Assembly: GCF_039654945.1 (NCBI RefSeq)
Contig: NW_027361752.1
Location: forward strand, 31,819,796-31,870,000
Source of the DNA: Dendrobates tinctorius
Taxonomy: Eukaryota
Length of the DNA: 50,205 nt
Direction: 5' to 3'
Every line of letters starts with the position of its first letter. Position 1 is the stretch's first letter. Shown piece by piece: positions 47,038 to 50,205 of this stretch. Both the position numbers and the translations under genes were made by a program. The notes under the pieces are model-generated. The model saw only the letters and a program-made list of their open reading frames with translations, did no database searches and was not told the DNA's origin.

Positions 47038-48527
47038 ATGCCCAACCCTTCAGGGGATCTCTGCTTCAGGCCCACCGCTATCTATTACGCCTGTGCGCGC
47101 TGTAAAAAGAAGTGGGCATCGGGTCAGTCGTCTCCATTCTGCCCCCCCTGCAGTCCTTCCAATATGTCAGCATCTCAGGAGCGCACAGAGTCCCGGGCGG
47201 AGGGCGCTCTTCCCTCCTCTCTCCCCCCGGAGTGGGCCGTTACTTTTGTCAAGTCAGAAACAGACTGTGACATTGTATCACAGTCGCTGGTCCAGGTTTT
47301 AGAACGATTACCTCAGCTATCCTCAGCCACCTCTGCCCCGACCACCTCTCGGGGTGAGTCGTCCGCACCTGACCGCGACCTTCAGAGAGACAGACTGGGA
47401 AGGTCTTCTAGGAAGCGGGCTCTGTCCACTTCGTCCTCGAGCTCGCAGGGCCCTTCCGCTCCCAGGCCTCCTTCTCCTTCCTCAGATGACAGCCTTCAGT
47501 CAGGCGATGATTCTCATTCGGAAGCTAGCTCTGAGGGGAACAGCGTTTCTAAAACGCGGGACATGGTCGATAGTCTTCTTGCAGCTATCTTCCAAACACT
47601 AAAACTTAAACAGGATGAGGCTCCAGCTCAGGAAAGCTCGGTTGTCCTTAGACGAGCCAGACCTCCGTCCCGAACCTTTCCCAATCACAACGATTTCAAT
47701 ACTACCTTAGCCAAACACTGGGAGCGCCCTGAACAACGTTTCTCAGGCCGCAAGTATTTGGACGTTCTGTACCCCTTTGACGCAGAACTGCTCTCAAAGT
47801 GGTCCAAGGCTCCAGAGGTAGATCCTCCAGTATCCCGGATAGCCTCTAAAACGGTGCTCTCTCTGCCAGACGGGGCGTCGCTCAAAGATCCTACTGACAG
47901 GCAGATTGAATCTCTGGCTAAGTCTATCTTTGAGGCATTGGCGCCTCTCTCTGCCCTATTTTCGCATCCGCCTGGGTGGCGAAGGTCATTTCCGCTTGGG
48001 CAAAAATCCTTCGCAGAGGCATCTTAGCGTCAGCTCCTCAAGACGAATTGGCAGATCTTGCAGATCAGATTAACCAGGCGGGAAAATACCTTTTGGCCGC
48101 CTCCTTAGACGCGGCCGGCTGCGTAGCAAGGGCTAACAGCAACATAGTAGCTGTACGCCGAGTCCTTTGGCTAAAGTCATGGAATGCGGACACTACTTCG
48201 AAAAAGTCGCTTACCAATCTGCCATTCCATGGCTCTAGGCTCTTTGGAGCAAAGCTGGATCAGATAATTTCCGATGCCACTGGAGGCAAAAGTACTTCGC
48301 TTCCCCAGTCTCGACCAAAACGTCCCTTCAATAGAAGGGGGTTTCGACCATTCAGGCCTTTTCGTCCCTTCTCTGCCACGGAGAGAGCCACTCAACAGGA
48401 TCGGCCGCCTGCCACCAGGGAGCGGGATCAGAGGAAACCTTCCTACAAACCCGCTCCTCGCTGGAGATCTAGAGGACAATATTCCAGATCTGCAGGAGCC
48501 AATTCCGGCAGATTTTCGTCTAAGTGA
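47038..48527 (+). pseudogene. Element 2 gag-like ORF with a 1-nt deletion frameshift near 47937
   Basis: CARC...CPPC finger; WSKAPEVDPPV...LKDPTDRQ; homology resumes in another frame as GASLCPIFASAWVAK...VRRVLWL. Confidence 0.85.
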
Positions 48528-50205
48528 CGGGTCACCCCCACCTGGAATTTCTTCCAGGGTGGGCGGCAGACTTTCCTTTTTCGCGGATGCTTGGCTGTCC
48601 GTTGTAGACGACGATTGGGTCAGAGAACTCGTCGCATCCGGTTACAAAATCGAATTTGCTTCACTCCCGAACAGACGGTTTTTCCCGGTCTCGGCCTCCG
48701 CGACAGCGGGCCCAGATTCCGGGTTTTCTGCAGGCCATTTCCTCCCTTCTTTCCGCCGGAGTCATTGTTCCCGTTCCCTCAGACGAACGGTTTTCCGGGT
48801 TCTACTCCAATCTCTTTGTAGTCCCGAAGAAAGACGGCTCTCTTCGTCCTATTCTGGACCTCAAATTGCTCAATCGCCACGTGAAGATTCTTCATTTCAG
48901 GATGGAGTCTCTTCGGTCGGTGATTGCTTCCATGGAGCCCGGGGAATTTCTCTGCTCGGTGGACATTCGGGATGCCTATCTCCACATTCCAATATGTGTG
49001 CAACATCAGAAGTATCTTCGATTTGCGTTTCAGGGAGACCACTTTCAGTTCACAGCTCTTCCTTTCGGCCTGGCTTCAGCGCCCCGGGTTTTCACGAAGG
49101 TGATGGCGACTGTGATGGCCATCCTTCGCTCCAGAGGGATCCTCATCATCCCTTATCTGGACGATCTTTTGATCAAGGGTTCGTCTCGCCAGGACTGTCT
49201 CCGGAGCCTTCAGATAACCCTGGACACTCTCAGCCGCCTAGGTTGGCTAGTCAACAAGGAGAAGTCCATTCTGGTCCCCACCCAGCGTCTGACCTTTCTG
49301 GGTATGGAATTCGACACGGAGCTAGCCCGTGTTTTTCTTCCAAAGGAAAAATTTACAACTCTGTCCAAGTGCATCAAAACTCTCAAGAGGCCTGCTCCCA
49401 TTCCCATTCGGTTCGGCATGAAGGTCCTGGGGAAGATGGTGGCCTCCATGGAGGCAGTGCCCTTTCCGCAGTATCACCTTCGCCCTCTCCAGCTGTCTCT
49501 GCTTTCAGCCTGGGACAAGACCACGATGTCCTTGGACCGTCCTATTCGGCTTCCTCTCAGAGTGAGGCAGTCTCTCACTTGGTGGCTACGGCCAGCGTCA
49601 GTTCTCCAAGGGAGGTCCTTCCTTCCGCCTCAGTGGCAAATCATCACCACCGATGCGAGCCTTCTAGGATGGGGAGCCGTGTTCCATCAGAAAGCGGCCC
49701 AAGGACGCTGGAAGCCACAGGAGTCTCTCCTTCCTATCAATCTTTTGGAGATCAGGGCGATTTTCCTGGCCCTTCTTCACTGGCAGCCCCTCCTTTCCGG
49801 CAAGCCGGTCCGCATTCAGTCGGACAACGCCACGGCCGTGGCGTACATAAACCATCAGGGGGGTACGCGCAGCAAACAGGTAATGTCAGAAGTGGCCAAG
49901 ATATTCCGCTGGGCAGAATGTTACGTTCCGACAATCTCCGCCGTCCATATTCCAGGGGTGGAAAATTGGGCAGCCGACTTTCTCAGTCGCCAGGGCCTAG
50001 CGTCCGGCGAATGGTCCCTGCACCCCGCGGTTTTCTCTCAGATATGCGACCGTTGGGGCACCCCGGATGTCGATCTCATGGCATCTCGGATGAACCACAA
50101 GGTGCCGCAGTTCGTAGCCAGGTCCAGGGACCCTCTAGCCGTCGCATGCGACGCACTGGTGACTCCGTGGTCCCAGTTTCAACTTCCGTATCTGTTCCCG
50201 CCTCT
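48268..50205 (+). pseudogene. Element 2 pol (RT-RNase H-MT), partial, with a 1-nt insertion near 48685
   Basis: VGGRL..F...W...GYKIEF; after the extra C: FYSNLFVVPKKDG, DIRDAY, LPFGL, YLDD, TDAS, SDN, ADFLSR, DLMAS, YLFPP. Confidence 0.9.

Larger units (their letters stand above)
44757..50205 (+). mobile_element. Second DIRS1-type retrotransposon (element 2), different family, cut by the window end and interrupted by CR1
   Basis: Starts TTTCTTTATCGCCTTATTGGGGGACAC (boundary inferred, partner ITR is outside the window); gag-like and RT/RH/MT homology to element 1. Confidence 0.9.

Overview
Vertebrate genomic DNA, most likely an anuran frog (inferred from the repeat landscape). Two host genes lie on the + strand: the last coding exon of RDH14 (5986-6603) and a complete GABPA gene (ETS-rich promoter at about 22.9-23.1 kb, nine coding exons 25947-40258, 455 aa). 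Between them is an apparently intact DIRS1-type tyrosine-recombinase retrotransposon (7451-12755) with ITRs, ICR, gag, RT/RNaseH/MT and YR. A second, divergent DIRS element starts at about 44757, carries a nested CR1 LINE fragment and runs off the window end. The rest is MITEs (hAT, Harbinger, Tc2/pogo, piggyBac/Kolobok-like, Mutator/foldback-like), V-SINEs, a solo LTR, a Penelope-like hairpin, five minisatellites and an assembly gap. The most striking observation comes from comparing the two DIRS elements. (i) The RT frame has no usable AUG but opens about 240-260 nt before the gag stop, and this overlap holds an in-frame UUU_CGN motif of the PA-X +1 frameshift type. (ii) gag ends in UGA-CG followed by a predicted stem-loop, and the same frame then stays open across the RT region (into the recombinase in element 1). 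(iii) In element 1 the gag AUG is joined to the ORF by a 79-nt GT-AG intron. Together these suggest one mRNA yielding Gag, Gag-Pol (+1 frameshift) and Gag-linker-YR (readthrough). This is a hypothesis from sequence only.
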